Assembly (NCBI GenBank): GCA_046754105.1
Contig: JBHHVD010000018.1
Location: 1-41,384 of the forward strand
Direction of reading: 5' to 3'
Length of the DNA: 41,384 bases
Source: Candidatus Krumholzibacteriia bacterium
GTDB lineage: Bacteria; Krumholzibacteriota; Krumholzibacteriia; WVZY01
In this document: one piece after another, positions 1 through 10,812 of the stretch
Layout of the letters: every line of letters begins with the position of its first letter
Numbering within the stretch: the stretch's first letter is position 1
Notes under the pieces: model-generated
Told to the model about the DNA's origin: nothing
The model's input: only the letters and a program-made list of their open reading frames with translations
Database searches by the model: none
Position numbers and translations under genes: made by a program

Positions 1-1610
1 ACGATCGAAAAAGCGAGGATGGTGGTGCCGGCCTTCTTCAGGTAGAGCCAGGCCCGCTCCCACACGTGCAGCGCGGCGCCTTTCAAGGTCGGAAGACGGT
101 AGGGCGGCAGTTCCATGACGAACGCCGCGGGCTCGCCCTTGAACACCGAGGCCCTGAGCACGCTGGCCCCGATGATCGCCAGCACGATACCGATTACGTA
201 CATGAGCCACAGCATCGGCGCCTGCCGTGAGTGGGGGAAAAAAGCCGGGATGATGAGAGCGTAAATCGTCAGCCGCGCGCTGCAGCTCATCAGCGGCACC
301 ACCAGCATGGTAATCAACCGGTCGCGGCGGTTGTCCAGCGTGCGGGTGGCCATGATGGCAGGCACCGAGCAGCCAAACCCGATGAGCATCGGGATGAAAC
401 TCTTGCCGTGGAGACCAACCTTGTCCATGAGGCGATCCATGATGAACGCCGCCCGTGCCATGTACCCCGAATCCTCGAGAAGGACGATCGCCAGGAAAAG
501 AAAAAAAATGTTGGGCAGAAATACGATGACGCCGCCGACACCGCCGATGACACCGTCGACCACCAGCGACTTCAAGGGGCCGCTGAGCGCGGCGGGCCAG
601 GACGCCTCCAGCACGCGGGCCGTCCATGCAAAGAGACTCTCCAGCCACGCCGTCACCGGATTGCCGAGTGTAAACGTCACGAAAAAGACCAGATACATCA
701 GGGACAGGAAGATGGGCAGGGCCAGGATTCGCTGCGTGACTACCGAGTCCACTTTGTCCGAGAACGTCTCGCCGTCGTCACGCGTGAAGCGCACTCCTTC
801 TTCACAGACCCGGGAAATAAGCGCATAACGGTGATCGGCGATCAGCACCTCGGGGTGCTCGCCGCATTTCTGCTCGATGGCGGCGATCCCCGCTTCGGCC
901 GATCGGAGCAATTGTTCCGACACGATTTTCTTGCGGACGTCGTCATCGTCCTCCAGGAGCTTGACCGCGAGCCACCGGCGGCGTATCGCGGGAACATCGC
1001 CGTTGCCGGCTGCAAGCAGGCGCTCTAGAGAGTCGATGGCCTCTTCGATGTCGCGGCCGTACCGCACGCCGGAGGCACCGCCGCGCGGCTGTGCCTCCGC
1101 GGCCAATACGACCTCATCGAGCAGTGCCGGGATCCCTTCCCCGTTGCGGCCCACGGTGGAGACAACGGGAATGCCGAGAATGCGCGAGAGCTTCGCCTCG
1201 TCGTACTCGATTCCCCGCGCGAGCGCGCGGTCGCTCATGTTGAAGGCCAACACGAGCGGTACGCCCAACTCGGCTAGCTGGACGGCCAGGTAGAGATTGC
1301 GCTCGAGATTCGATGCATCGAGCACGTCGACAACGACGTCGAGTTCCTCATCGATGAGGACGTTGCGCGCGATGAGCTCTTCGGTGGATTGTGCGCTGAG
1401 ACTGTAGATCCCGGGGAGGTCGATCACATCGATGCGCCGGCCGGCGTGTTTGCACGTGCCCTCTTTCTTCTCGACGGTTACACCGGGATAATTGGCGACG
1501 CGCTGGCGGGCGCCCGCGATGGCGTTGAATACACTCGTCTTCCCGGTATTGGGATTACCGGCAAGGCCCACGCGGATTCGCTCGTGCATACCCTCGCCCT
1601 TCGTCGCCAT
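1..1610 (-). CDS. feoB: Ferrous iron transporter B (3' end runs off the window)
   Basis: Manual translation from ATG 1610 (alternative ATG 1589) gives [13 protein letters not shown] (G1), IDLPGIYSL (G3), [11 protein letters not shown] and AFNMSD, then the membrane region. It is absent from the ORF track because there is no stop in the window. Confidence 0.95.
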   Translation of the reverse strand, partial: MATKGEGMHERIRVGLAGNPNTGKTSVFNAIAGARQRVANYPGVTVEKKEGTCKHAGRRIDVIDLPGIYSLSAQSTEELIARNVLIDEELDVVVDVLDASNLERNLYLAVQLAELGVPLVLAFNMSDRALARGIEYDEAKLSRILGIPVVSTVGRNGEGIPALLDEVVLAAEAQPRGGASGVRYGRDIEEAIDSLERLLAAGNGDVPAIRRRWLAVKLLEDDDDVRKKIVSEQLLRSAEAGIAAIEQKCGEHPEVLIADHRYALISRVCEEGVRFTRDDGETFSDKVDSVVTQRILALPIFLSLMYLVFFVTFTLGNPVTAWLESLFAWTARVLEASWPAALSGPLKSLVVDGVIGGVGGVIVFLPNIFFLFLAIVLLEDSGYMARAAFIMDRLMDKVGLHGKSFIPMLIGFGCSVPAIMATRTLDNRRDRLITMLVVPLMSCSARLTIYALIIPAFFPHSRQAPMLWLMYVIGIVLAIIGASVLRASVFKGEPAAFVMELPPYRLPTLKGAALHVWERAWLYLKKAGTTILAFSI

Positions 1611-1708
1611 GACGTTGTTCTTTTGTGTACGCCTCGCCCGATTCCCCATTCGGGCTCGCGCCTGGCCGTCTCCAGAAAAACTCTCACCGGCGCGGGGTGT
1701 GACCCGCC

Positions 1709-1939
1709 TTACAACAGTTGAACGGCGATGCGGCTCGCCTCGGCTTTTCGCAGCACCAGCCGGTAGCGTTTGACCCGTACCGCGATGGGGTCACCCAGCG
1801 GCGCCACCCGCTCGACTTCGACCACCGTCCCCGGCGTCATTCCCATGTCCACGATCCGCTTCCTCACACCCCCCGCTCCCGTGATCCTGACGATCCGGGC
1901 CTTGATACCGGGTTTTAGCTTGTTCAAGGAAAATATCAT
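1709..1939 (-). CDS. feoA: Ferrous iron transport protein A
   Basis: 76 aa with [10 protein letters not shown] and [13 protein letters not shown], directly upstream of feoB. Confidence 0.93.
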   Translation of the reverse strand: MIFSLNKLKPGIKARIVRITGAGGVRKRIVDMGMTPGTVVEVERVAPLGDPIAVRVKRYRLVLRKAEASRIAVQLL

Positions 1940-2001
1940 AACTAGTTAAGAGACCAGTAGTTATAATGTCGCCCCCGGGCTGTGCTTGCCCGGGCGGCTT
2001 G

Positions 2002-2020
2002 TTAGGGTATCCTAATCGAA
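2002..2020. promoter_or_regulatory. DtxR/IdeR/MntR-type metal-responsive operator upstream of feoAB
   Basis: TTAGGGTATCCTAATCGAA matches the DtxR consensus TTAGGTTAGCCTAACCTAA at 15/19 positions. It abuts a possible minus-strand promoter TTGCGT-18-TATGTT (2048-2019). Confidence 0.65.
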
Positions 2021-2055
2021 CATAGTCCAAACTCGAACCACGACGCAAGGCTTTT

Positions 2056-2073
2056 TTGTGATACTTTTCACAT
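2056..2073. promoter_or_regulatory. Rex- or CRP-type palindrome between divergent feoA and fbp
   Basis: TTGTGATACTTTTCACAT has a perfect TGTGA-N6-TCACA core and 2 mismatches to the Rex consensus TTGTGAA-N4-TTCACAA. Confidence 0.6.
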
Positions 2074-2199
2074 AATGCCGGCCGCCGGGTGGGCAGCCCG
2101 GCCCCTCCGCGCGCCACCGCAAAAGCGCCGCGCCCGGTTGTGGCGGGGATGACGCCATCACGCGGCGTGTGTTATTGTTTTGCATCGAAAGGATTCCGT

Positions 2200-3228
2200 A
2201 TGGAGAAAGCCGGACTATCGTCGAAGTTGATCACGATCGAACGCCACATCCTGCAGGAGCAGTCGGCGTTCCCCGATGCGAGCGGAGCCCTCACCCATCT
2301 CCTCTACGACATCGCGTTGGCCGGCAAGCTCATCGCAAGCCGTACGACGCGCGCCGGTCTCGCCGACGTCATCGGGTCGGCGGGTCGCGAGAACGTTCAG
2401 GGCGAAGAAGTACAGAAGCTCGACCTCTACGCGCACGACACGATATTTCGCCTCAACGACCACACCGGCCGCCTGGCGGTAATGGCGTCGGAGGAAGAAG
2501 AGGACATCCTTCCCGTCCCCGACCGTTATCCAAAGGGGAACTACGTATTGATCTTCGACCCGCTCGACGGCTCGTCCAATATCGATTTCAACGTCAGCGT
2601 CGGCACCATCTTCGCCATTTACAGACGAAAGTCGGCGTCCGGGGCCGGAACACGCGACGACGTCTTGCAGAAGGGATCGGACATCGTTGCGGCGGGTTAC
2701 CTGGTCTACGGATCGAGCACGATGCTCGTCTATTCCGCGGGTCACGGCGTCAACGGCTTTACGCTCGACCCGAGTATCGGCGAGTTTCTCCTGTCGCATC
2801 CGGCGATCCGCCTGCCGGAGAAGCCCCGGTACTACAGCGTCAATCAGGGTTATGAAAAATACTGGACCGAAGGGATCCGGCGCTACACACGGTGGCTGCA
2901 GGGCGAGGAAGGCGCCGGGAGTTCCCTGTCGCTGCGCTACATCGGCTCGATGGTCGCCGACATCCACCGCACCCTGCTCGGCGGAGGCGTCTTCTACTAC
3001 CCCGCCGACAGCAAGGACCCCAAGAAACCGCACGGAAAGCTGCGGCTGCTCTACGAGGCCAACCCGATGGCGTTCATCATCGAGCAGGCGGGCGGCTACG
3101 GCTCGACGGGCCAGGGGCCGCTGCGGGAGGTGGAGCCTGCCGATCTGCACCAGCGCGTCCCCCTGTTCCTCGGCAACCGCGACCTGGTCGAAAAGGCGGA
3201 GGCCTTCATCTCGGAGTACGATGGGTAA
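2200..3228 (+). CDS. fbp: Fructose-1,6-bisphosphatase class 1
   Basis: Motifs [29 protein letters not shown] and [24 protein letters not shown] 2200 follows GAAAGGA. Confidence 0.96.
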   Translation: MEKAGLSSKLITIERHILQEQSAFPDASGALTHLLYDIALAGKLIASRTTRAGLADVIGSAGRENVQGEEVQKLDLYAHDTIFRLNDHTGRLAVMASEEEEDILPVPDRYPKGNYVLIFDPLDGSSNIDFNVSVGTIFAIYRRKSASGAGTRDDVLQKGSDIVAAGYLVYGSSTMLVYSAGHGVNGFTLDPSIGEFLLSHPAIRLPEKPRYYSVNQGYEKYWTEGIRRYTRWLQGEEGAGSSLSLRYIGSMVADIHRTLLGGGVFYYPADSKDPKKPHGKLRLLYEANPMAFIIEQAGGYGSTGQGPLREVEPADLHQRVPLFLGNRDLVEKAEAFISEYDG

Positions 3229-4840
3229 GTCTTCGCGGCGCCCCAGACCTCCAGTAACCGAATCCGGCGGCCGCCAGCGCGACCGCCGGCGGCGTTTCAT
3301 CTGCTTTTTCCTCATCTTCGCGGCGGCGTTCGTGTCCGTCGGATACTACCGGCAACACGGCGGCAACGGCTATCCGCTCGACGACAGTTGGATCCACCTG
3401 ACCTTCGCGCGAAACGTCGCCTCGGGCGCGGGCTTCGGCGCCAACCCCCACGAGCCGACACCCGGCGCCACCTCTCCCCTGTGGGTGCTCTTCCTCGCTC
3501 CCGGTTTCCTCTTTGGCGCGGCCCACGCCGTGTGGCCGTGGGTTTCGTCGGCGTGTTTCCTCGGTACCGCGGGTGTCCTTTGCGCGGCGCTCGTGGGGGT
3601 ACTACGCCGCGTCACCTCACGAGGTGGCGATGCGCCTGCCGCGCGCCCGGGCGCAAGCCCGGACTGGCCGGCAGTCGCATGCGGCCTGGCGGTGGTGTGG
3701 TGCGGCCCGCTCGTGTGGAGTGCCGCCGGGGCGATGGAAGTGCCCCTCTTTGTCTCGCTTGTGGTTGCAGCACTCCTGATATATGCGAGGGCAGCAAACC
3801 CGGGGTGGCGCAGCGGCCTCGCCTGGGGTGGAGCGGTGGGGCTCGCCGCTCTGGCGAGGCCGGAAGGCCTGCTGCTGGCCGGCGTCCTGGCCGCGGTCTC
3901 GTTATCGCGCATGAGGCGTTCCTCGGTGGTCGACGCCGCGAGCGGGCTCGCCGCGTGTGCGGTCGTCTACTCGCCTTCGGTCGTCTTCTGCCTGTCGACC
4001 AGCGGGCGCATCTTTCCCAATACCTTTTATGCGAAGACGACGGCGCTCGTCGCCGGCGCTCCGGACGCGGCGTTCCTCGGCGGTGCGGTGCAATTCTTCG
4101 CCGGTGCGGCGCCGGTGGCGCTCGCCGGTTTCGTCCTGGGCATCGCTGTTCTCGGTTGGATGCTCGGGCGACGCCGCCCGGTCCACGCGGTCGTCGCGGT
4201 CGCAGCCTTTGCCGCGGGGTTACCGCTGGCATACGCGGCCATGGGCCGGACATTTCTTTTTGCGGGACTCGCGGGCAACTTCGGGCGCTACCTGTACCCG
4301 GTGTTTCCACCCGCCATGGTTCTCGGTTTCTGGGGCGCGGCGTGGATTGTGGATGCAGCGCCGCGCCGCTGGGTGCATGGGGCGATGCGCGCGGCTACGA
4401 TCGCAGCACTCGTAGCGATCGCCGTAGAGGCGCTCGATCGCGCCGACCTCTACCGGCACAATGTCAGGGATATCAATTCTATGCAGGTGACCATGGCGAA
4501 ACGCCTGCGGGATAAGCTCCCGTCCGGCTCGCTGGTAGCCGCCAACGACGTGGGCGCTCTGGCGTACTTTACGGGTTTCCGGGTCCTCGATCTCGAGGGG
4601 ATTATCAGCACGCCCACCCTGGATGCCTTGGCAAAGGCGGGACCCCGGGGGCGGGAGCGGGCGCACTACGAACTGCTTCGTACACAGCGGCCGGCGGCGC
4701 TGGTCGTATTTCCCGAATGGTTCGCCGGCCCGTTGGGCCGGCTGGGGGACGCCGCCCATCCGATCGAGGCGATCGAGAATCGACGCAACATTACGAGCGG
4801 TGGCTCGCGGTTGGTTGCTTTTGAGATCGACTGGGAGTAG
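3221..4840 (+). CDS. Polytopic membrane protein, probable GT-C-fold glycosyltransferase
   Basis: ATG overlaps the 3' end of fbp. [12 protein letters not shown] follows the first TM helix, with GATSPLW, ME, LARPEG and RYLYP motifs and many hydrophobic segments. Confidence 0.6.
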   Translation: MGKSSRRPRPPVTESGGRQRDRRRRFICFFLIFAAAFVSVGYYRQHGGNGYPLDDSWIHLTFARNVASGAGFGANPHEPTPGATSPLWVLFLAPGFLFGAAHAVWPWVSSACFLGTAGVLCAALVGVLRRVTSRGGDAPAARPGASPDWPAVACGLAVVWCGPLVWSAAGAMEVPLFVSLVVAALLIYARAANPGWRSGLAWGGAVGLAALARPEGLLLAGVLAAVSLSRMRRSSVVDAASGLAACAVVYSPSVVFCLSTSGRIFPNTFYAKTTALVAGAPDAAFLGGAVQFFAGAAPVALAGFVLGIAVLGWMLGRRRPVHAVVAVAAFAAGLPLAYAAMGRTFLFAGLAGNFGRYLYPVFPPAMVLGFWGAAWIVDAAPRRWVHGAMRAATIAALVAIAVEALDRADLYRHNVRDINSMQVTMAKRLRDKLPSGSLVAANDVGALAYFTGFRVLDLEGIISTPTLDALAKAGPRGRERAHYELLRTQRPAALVVFPEWFAGPLGRLGDAAHPIEAIENRRNITSGGSRLVAFEIDWE

Positions 4841-4877
4841 ATGGGGCGCCGCTAGAACAACCCAATGTCGCCCGCTC

Positions 4878-5177
4878 TCAAGTGGTCTCGTCGATCAATT
4901 CGACGAAACGGCCCCATGGAATCGCGGTCCAGCTCTCCGCCTCGAGGGCGCCTGATGACCGCGTGATCATCGACACCTTGGCGGCGATTTCTTCGTTGGG
5001 TGCTTCGAAAATGTCCAGAAAATCGTGCGGTCCCAAAAGCACGTAGTGCGAGATCCACTTTACCTCGGGGCATTTTCTCGCCACCTCTTTCATCCACTTC
5101 TTGCCGACTTTCTCGCGGTGCTTGAGGTCGCCCATCACCTCGGGTGTGAGCTTGGTCAAGAGGATGTACGTCGCCAT
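4878..5177 (-). CDS. GYD domain-containing protein
   Basis: 99 aa beginning MATYILLTKLT, with LGPHDFLDIFEAP as a variant of the GxYD motif. RBS GAGGAGG. Confidence 0.8.
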   Translation of the reverse strand: MATYILLTKLTPEVMGDLKHREKVGKKWMKEVARKCPEVKWISHYVLLGPHDFLDIFEAPNEEIAAKVSMITRSSGALEAESWTAIPWGRFVELIDETT

Positions 5178-5204
5178 TGAAAACCTCCTCGTTCAAGTCT
5201 GCCC

Positions 5205-6257
5205 TTATACAGCCCCCCTCCATCCGGCGGACCGGTGGCGCTTGCCGTTCTCGCCGAGCAACAGGCACTCGGCGCTCGGCGTGGCGTCGATCAGCGTCCG
5301 CCCGGATCCAGGCCCCATGACGAAGACGGCGGTGGCGAGCGCGTCCGCCTCCATCACGGACCCGGCGATAACCGTGACGCTCTTACTATAATGAGGCGAG
5401 CGGCCGCTACGCGGGTCGACCAGGTGGTGGTAGACCCTCTCCCGGTCATAGTACACTTCGTAGCTGCCCGAAGTGGCCACCGCACCGGTGTTCAGCCGCA
5501 GCATCTCCGGGTAGCGCCGCTTCTTCTCGGGGTCCTCGACGGCAACCGACCACGGACGCCCGTCCGAGCGGTGGCCGCGGGTCCGTATATCGCCGCCGGC
5601 GTTGACGAGATGGTTTTCGACCCCGTGTCGGACGAGAACCTCGGACACGCGGTCGACGACGTACCCTTTGGCGATGCCGTCGAGCGTAATGCCCGCGCCC
5701 GGTTTCAGGAGCCGGATGCGTCGATCCGTCGTCTCGACGTGATGCATTCCAACGAATGCAAGCGAGTCGCGAAGCTCCCCGCTCGTCGGAACGCCACCAG
5801 CACCCAGTTTCGACCGTAGCAGATCGACGACCGGTTTCACCGTAATATCGAAGGCTCCGCGGCTTGTCCCGTGAATGTCGATCGATCGTCGTATCACGTG
5901 AACGAGTTCGGGTGGCGGCTCTCGAAGGACGCCCTCGGAGTTGAGCATCGAGAGAGGTGTCGACGCGTCGTGCCGGCTGAGGATCGCGATCAAACGATCC
6001 ATCTCATCGAACGAGCGGCCGATGGCCTCATCGGCGCGGTCCCGCGAGGCGTCGACGGCGGTGATGGTGACGTACGTGCCCATCGCAACCCGCGTATGCG
6101 ACACACTCACCAGGCCACGGCCGATCTTTACGACCTCGAACAATGCCTGCAGCGTCCCACCCCCGGCGGCGCCGATGCCGAAAATCCCGCAGGCCTTCAA
6201 GAAAGCCCTCCGGTCGAAAGGTCGACGCATGGTCGATTGCAATTTCTTCTCGATCAT
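5205..6257 (-). CDS. apbE: FAD:protein FMN transferase (ApbE/RnfF) with Tat-like signal
   Basis: DRRAFLK twin-arginine leader, then AMGT, LDGIAKGYVVD, NAGGDI, VATSG and ADALATA. The start overlaps the upstream stop (ATGA). Confidence 0.93.
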   Translation of the reverse strand: MIEKKLQSTMRRPFDRRAFLKACGIFGIGAAGGGTLQALFEVVKIGRGLVSVSHTRVAMGTYVTITAVDASRDRADEAIGRSFDEMDRLIAILSRHDASTPLSMLNSEGVLREPPPELVHVIRRSIDIHGTSRGAFDITVKPVVDLLRSKLGAGGVPTSGELRDSLAFVGMHHVETTDRRIRLLKPGAGITLDGIAKGYVVDRVSEVLVRHGVENHLVNAGGDIRTRGHRSDGRPWSVAVEDPEKKRRYPEMLRLNTGAVATSGSYEVYYDRERVYHHLVDPRSGRSPHYSKSVTVIAGSVMEADALATAVFVMGPGSGRTLIDATPSAECLLLGENGKRHRSAGWRGAV

Positions 6258-6538
6258 CTTGTTCCTCTCGAAATCGCTGGCGGCGCACCGTACGGATTTT
6301 CCGTCGACGGTTCCTCTTTGGTTCGCCGCGCATTCGCGGCTCCATCGAGCACCGCGTCGTGCTCGCCCCGGCCGAGTCCGCAGCGGCACATCCCACCCGC
6401 ACCGCACGTCCCGCATGCCAGTACGTCCCCGTCGCCGTCGGTTCGGGGCGACTGTCTTCGCACCAGCGCCTGCACCGCGACCCACCCCACCGCAAGTGCG
6501 CCGATCGATATTACCGCGATCAGGATCTGGTGCCACAT
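6254..6538 (-). CDS. Small single-TM Cys-rich protein (CxxC-x5-CxC)
   Basis: N-terminal hydrophobic helix followed by CGTCGAGGMCRC. It fits exactly between the rnfA stop (6542) and the apbE start. Confidence 0.7.
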   Translation of the reverse strand: MWHQILIAVISIGALAVGWVAVQALVRRQSPRTDGDGDVLACGTCGAGGMCRCGLGRGEHDAVLDGAANARRTKEEPSTENPYGAPPAISRGTR

Positions 6539-6541
6539 CTC

Positions 6542-7123
6542 CTAGCCTCCCATTCCGGCAAAACCCATGAACGCCATCGACAGAATGCCGGCCACCATGA
6601 GGGTCAGCGCCGCTCCCTTCACAATCGACGATACGTCGGCCAGTTCGAGGCGTTCGCGCAGGCCCGACATCAGCAGCAGCGCCAGGGTAAAGCCCGCGCC
6701 CGCGCCCAGGGCGAAACCCAGCGACTGGCCAAAATTGTACTGGCGGCTGGTCTGGAACAACGCCAGGCCGAGGATCGCGCAGTTGGTGGTGATCAACGGC
6801 AGAAAAAGACCCAATGCCCGGAAGAGCGCCGGGCTGAATTTCTTGATGAACATCTCGACCAGTTGAACGGCAGAGGCGATGACGACGATGTACGAAATCA
6901 AGTGCAGGTACGGCGCATCTATCGCCACGAGCGCGAGGTGGATGCCGTACGCGCACGCCGAGCTGACCAGCATGACGAACGTGACGGCCGCCCCCATGCG
7001 GATGGCCGTATCCGTCCTGCCCGATACGCCGAGGAACGGGCATATGCCGAGGAACATGCTCAGCACGAAGTTGTTGATCAGCGCGGCGTTGATAAAAATC
7101 TGCAGCGGCGAGACCCCGTTCAT
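6542..7123 (-). CDS. rnfA: Rnf complex subunit A
   Basis: NNFVLSMFLGICPFLGVS and FLPLITTNCAILG. ATG overlaps the rnfE stop. Confidence 0.94.
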   Translation of the reverse strand: MNGVSPLQIFINAALINNFVLSMFLGICPFLGVSGRTDTAIRMGAAVTFVMLVSSACAYGIHLALVAIDAPYLHLISYIVVIASAVQLVEMFIKKFSPALFRALGLFLPLITTNCAILGLALFQTSRQYNFGQSLGFALGAGAGFTLALLLMSGLRERLELADVSSIVKGAALTLMVAGILSMAFMGFAGMGG

Positions 7124-7749
7124 GCCCGGCGCTCCTTTCGCTCCCTGAGCCAGTTGAAGAGCAGGAGCCACCCGCCCAGCACGAAAAACGCGCCGCCGGG
7201 CAGAATCATGATCGTCCACGGTTCGAACGCCGCGCCGAACACGGGCACCCCGGCCACGGTGCCGCTGCCGAGCAAGTCCCGAACCAGCCCCAGGGACAGG
7301 CAGGCGATGGTGAATCCGACACCAATGCCCAGGGCGTCCAGCATGGATTTGCCCACGTTGTTCCTGGAGGCGAACGCTTCGGCCCTTCCGAGGATCACAC
7401 AGTTGACGACGATCAGCGAAATAAACGCTCCGAGGGCTTTGTGTATGTCGAGACTGATCGCCTGGATCAGGTACTCGGCCACCGTGACAAACGTGGCGAT
7501 GATCAGGATAAAGGAGGCGATCCGAACCTGCTTCGGGATCCAGCGACGTACCATCGACACGATAGTGCTCGACATGAATAATACAAACGTCGTAGCCGCA
7601 CCCATCGCGACCGCGTTCACGACCGAGTTGGTGACAGCGAGCACGGGACACATACCGAGCAACATGACGAACACCGGGTTGTCACGCCACAGCCCCTTCA
7701 GCAGCACATCCATGTTGCCGGCGGCCGCCGGCGCGTCGGGCTCGGCCAT
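7120..7749 (-). CDS. rnfE: Rnf complex subunit E
   Basis: NPVFVMLLGMCPVLAVT, LIVVNCVILGRAEAFA and ILPGGAF. TAATG coupling to rnfG. Confidence 0.94.
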   Translation of the reverse strand: MAEPDAPAAAGNMDVLLKGLWRDNPVFVMLLGMCPVLAVTNSVVNAVAMGAATTFVLFMSSTIVSMVRRWIPKQVRIASFILIIATFVTVAEYLIQAISLDIHKALGAFISLIVVNCVILGRAEAFASRNNVGKSMLDALGIGVGFTIACLSLGLVRDLLGSGTVAGVPVFGAAFEPWTIMILPGGAFFVLGGWLLLFNWLRERKERRA

Positions 7750-8450
7750 TACGGATTCCCCTTCTTCAGAATCTCGAGATTGTTCTCTATGATCGGCACC
7801 GACTTCACCGTGCTCCCGCGCAGGATGGCGGCGACCGCCCGCGACGAGATGGTCGCACCGGTGATGGCCTCGACCTGCCAAGGATCCGTCTTCTTGCCGT
7901 GCTTGACCATTTCGATCGGGTTGGCAACCTCGTCCCCGTCCAGGGCTACATCCAGCATTTCGAAATTAGCCCTGAAACGGGGATCGGTCTCTATCTTGTC
8001 CCCCAGTCCGGGGGTCTCCTTGCTCTCGAGCACTTTCAAACCGACGACACCGTTCTTCCGCGGAGAGTATCCGTAGAGCACCTTCAGCACGTCCTGGAAC
8101 CCCTGTCCCTGGGCTTCCAGTGCCACTCCCACAAGCCTCTGTTCCGCGTCGTAACACGCGTAGTACTTGACCGCCAACTCGTCCTCCCCAACGAGCGGCT
8201 GCAGCCTATTGCCGACCAGTTTGAACGCGGCCTTCGTCTTTGCCCCGGGTACGACCTCGAAGATCGCCCGTTCGAGGGCCACCGCCTTGTTGCGCGTGAT
8301 CACCGGCAACGTCCATTGAAACGTAAGGACGATCAGGATACCGGAGACGAGGCCGATGCCACCCATGGTCAGTATCATGCGGAGACTTCCCGCCGATTCC
8401 GATTCGGCTCCCGGAGCGGCCGGGTTGGCCGGTGGTTTCGCGTCCGTCAT
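7749..8450 (-). CDS. rnfG: Rnf complex subunit G (FMN-binding)
   Basis: N-terminal TM helix, ETPGLG and the flavinylation motif AITGATISS. Confidence 0.92.
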   Translation of the reverse strand: MTDAKPPANPAAPGAESESAGSLRMILTMGGIGLVSGILIVLTFQWTLPVITRNKAVALERAIFEVVPGAKTKAAFKLVGNRLQPLVGEDELAVKYYACYDAEQRLVGVALEAQGQGFQDVLKVLYGYSPRKNGVVGLKVLESKETPGLGDKIETDPRFRANFEMLDVALDGDEVANPIEMVKHGKKTDPWQVEAITGATISSRAVAAILRGSTVKSVPIIENNLEILKKGNP

Positions 8451-9478
8451 GGAGCATCCCCCCGTTTGTTGCCGGTGCCGTACACGCGCGATTGCGTAAA
8501 CCGATCGATGAGCGGCGTCAGCGCGTTCATGAGGAGAATCGCGTACATCACTCCCTCGGGAAGCCCTCCGAACTGGCGGATGACGACGACGAGCAGGCCG
8601 GTGCCGACGGCGAACACCCAGCACCCCTTCGGCGTCACCGGTGATGTGACGGGATCGGTCGCCATGAACACCGCGCCGAGCGCGAGCCCCCCCGCCAGCA
8701 GGTGAAAAGCGGCGCTGGGGTACTTGTCGGCGTCGATCAGGTGCAGTATCGTGGCGAGCACGAACACCGACGCGAAAATGCCCAGCGGTATGCGCCAGTT
8801 GAGGAACCGCCGCCAGGCGAGGTACGCCCCTCCGAGCAATATGAGAACGGCGCTGGTCTCACCGAGCGACCCGGGCGTCGAACCGAACAACAAGTCGGCC
8901 AGCGGCGTCGCGGTTGCATCGAACTTCATGCTGGCCAGCGGCGTCGCCGATGTCACCGCGTCGAAATGCGGGCGTGTGAACGGCAGCGCCAGGTTGTCGC
9001 CCCGAAGCGCGAAGAAGCCGCCGAGATCCGCGTGACGGTGCCACGTGGTAAGCGCCACCGGGAACGACGCCTGCAGAAAGGCGCGGCCGGTGAGCGACGG
9101 GTTGAACACGTTGTGCCCGAGTCCACCGAAGAGCAGCTTGCCGACGACGACCGCGACCACGGCGCCCAGAAAGGCCATCCACAGCGGCAGCCCCGGCGGC
9201 AGCGTCAGCGCCAGCAGCACGGCGGTGACGAGCGCGCTGCCGTCCGCCACCGGGCTGCGCGCGAGCGGGCCCTTTCCCCCGAGCGCCCATTCCGCCAGCA
9301 CGGCGCCCGCGGTACAGGCAACCGTTACCAGGAGCGCGCTCAGGCCGAAATAATAAATCGACGCCAGCACCACCGGCGAGAGGCTGTAGAGGACGTGGCG
9401 CATGATAGCCGGGGTGTCGTACGGCCGTTTCACAAAAGGTGAGGCGGACAGAACGAGATGCGGCATCTTGGCTTTCAC
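8447..9478 (-). CDS. rnfD: Rnf complex subunit D
   Basis: FGGLGHNVFNP, the flavinylation motif DAVTSATPL, GSLGETS and FMATDPVTSP. GTG start overlaps the rnfC stop. Confidence 0.94.
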   Translation of the reverse strand: MKAKMPHLVLSASPFVKRPYDTPAIMRHVLYSLSPVVLASIYYFGLSALLVTVACTAGAVLAEWALGGKGPLARSPVADGSALVTAVLLALTLPPGLPLWMAFLGAVVAVVVGKLLFGGLGHNVFNPSLTGRAFLQASFPVALTTWHRHADLGGFFALRGDNLALPFTRPHFDAVTSATPLASMKFDATATPLADLLFGSTPGSLGETSAVLILLGGAYLAWRRFLNWRIPLGIFASVFVLATILHLIDADKYPSAAFHLLAGGLALGAVFMATDPVTSPVTPKGCWVFAVGTGLLVVVIRQFGGLPEGVMYAILLMNALTPLIDRFTQSRVYGTGNKRGDAP

Positions 9479-10812
9479 TGCGCCGTCGCTTTCTGGCGCG
9501 CCTGCTCCTCGCGCAACATGCCCTTCGCCACGCGGAAGCGCTGCACCAGGGGTATGTTGGAAGGACAAACGTACGAGCACGACCCGCACTCCATGCAGTC
9601 CATGATGTTCAAATCGAGCATGTCGCCATAGCGCCCGACCCGGGCCAGCATCCCCAGCCGGCTCGGATTGAGAAAGACCGGGCACGCGTCCAGGCAACTA
9701 GAACAGCTGATGCAGGGATATTCCCGCCGCGGTTTCACCTCCGCGGCGGTCAGGCAGAGAATCCCGGAGGTCCCTTTCATCACGGGCACCTCGAGATTCT
9801 GCTGCGGCGAGCCCATCATCGGTCCGCCAAAGAGAATCTGCCGCGCGTCCTCGTGCAGTCCGCCGCAATAGTCAAGCACATCGGAAAGTTTCGTGCCGAC
9901 GGGAATCAAAAGCGTCGCCGGTTTGCGAACCCCCGGTCCTGTGACCGTCACCACGCGCTCGATCAACGGCTGCCCCCACGCGAAGTAATCCCCTATACCC
10001 GTCACCGTACCCACGTTCTGTATGAGGACCTGCGCGTCGATGGGCAGCTTGCCGCTGGGGATCTCTCGCTTCAATACCGCGGTGACCAGCATCTTTTCCG
10101 CTCCCTGCGGATACTTGGTCTCGAGCGGAATGATTTCACAAGACATGTCGCCCGGGATGCGCCCCCGCAAGGCCTCGATGGCATCCCACTTGTTGGTCTC
10201 GACACCAATGACCGTCTTTTCCGCGCCGAGCAGTTTGTGGATGATCCGTATCCCGAGCAAGAGCGAGTCGGCGTATTCCAGCATGATGCGATGGTCGCTG
10301 GTGAGGTAGGGCTCGCACTCGCAGCCGTTGACCAGGAAAAACTGCACCCGTTTGCCCTCCGGCACGGCGAGCTTGACGTGTGTGGGAAACGCGGCGCCAC
10401 CCTGGCCGACGAACCCGCCGTGCTGGATCGTTGCCAGCAGTTCCTCGACGCGCAGGTGCTCCCATTCCCGCGGGCCGCCGTCGTAGAGAGTCTGCGGCGA
10501 GTGGGGATCTGTGGCTATGACGATGGCGTCGATAAGGCGACCCGACGGGTGATGCCGTTTTTCGACCGCCTTGACACGACCGGTGACCGATGCGTGCAGC
10601 GGCACGGATACGAATCCGCCGGCCTCGGCAATCATCTGGCCGCGGTAGACCTTGTCACCGACGGACACGATCGGCTTCGACGGCGCGCCCAGATGCTGGC
10701 TGAGCGGCAGCACGACCTCATCGGGAACGGGCAGGCGTTCGATCAGCCGGCCCTCCGTCATCGACTTATGACTCGCCGGGTGAACTCCGTGGCGAAATGT
10801 CTTCTTGATCAT
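9475..10812 (-). CDS. rnfC: Rnf complex subunit C
   Basis: GQGGAAFPTHVKL, NGCECEPYLTSD, YPQGAEK and two CxxCxxCxxxCP motifs. ATG 10812 follows GGAGG and lies inside the 3' end of the upstream ORF. Confidence 0.95.
   Translation of the reverse strand: MIKKTFRHGVHPASHKSMTEGRLIERLPVPDEVVLPLSQHLGAPSKPIVSVGDKVYRGQMIAEAGGFVSVPLHASVTGRVKAVEKRHHPSGRLIDAIVIATDPHSPQTLYDGGPREWEHLRVEELLATIQHGGFVGQGGAAFPTHVKLAVPEGKRVQFFLVNGCECEPYLTSDHRIMLEYADSLLLGIRIIHKLLGAEKTVIGVETNKWDAIEALRGRIPGDMSCEIIPLETKYPQGAEKMLVTAVLKREIPSGKLPIDAQVLIQNVGTVTGIGDYFAWGQPLIERVVTVTGPGVRKPATLLIPVGTKLSDVLDYCGGLHEDARQILFGGPMMGSPQQNLEVPVMKGTSGILCLTAAEVKPRREYPCISCSSCLDACPVFLNPSRLGMLARVGRYGDMLDLNIMDCMECGSCSYVCPSNIPLVQRFRVAKGMLREEQARQKATAQ

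Noticed and set aside
5205..7043. Apparent 612-aa ApbE fusion, and similar N-terminal extensions on rnfA, rnfD, ptrB, the barrel and the GT-C-like ORF
   Set aside because: The extensions overlap upstream genes in other frames. Internal starts with an RBS or coupled stop/start explain the genes.
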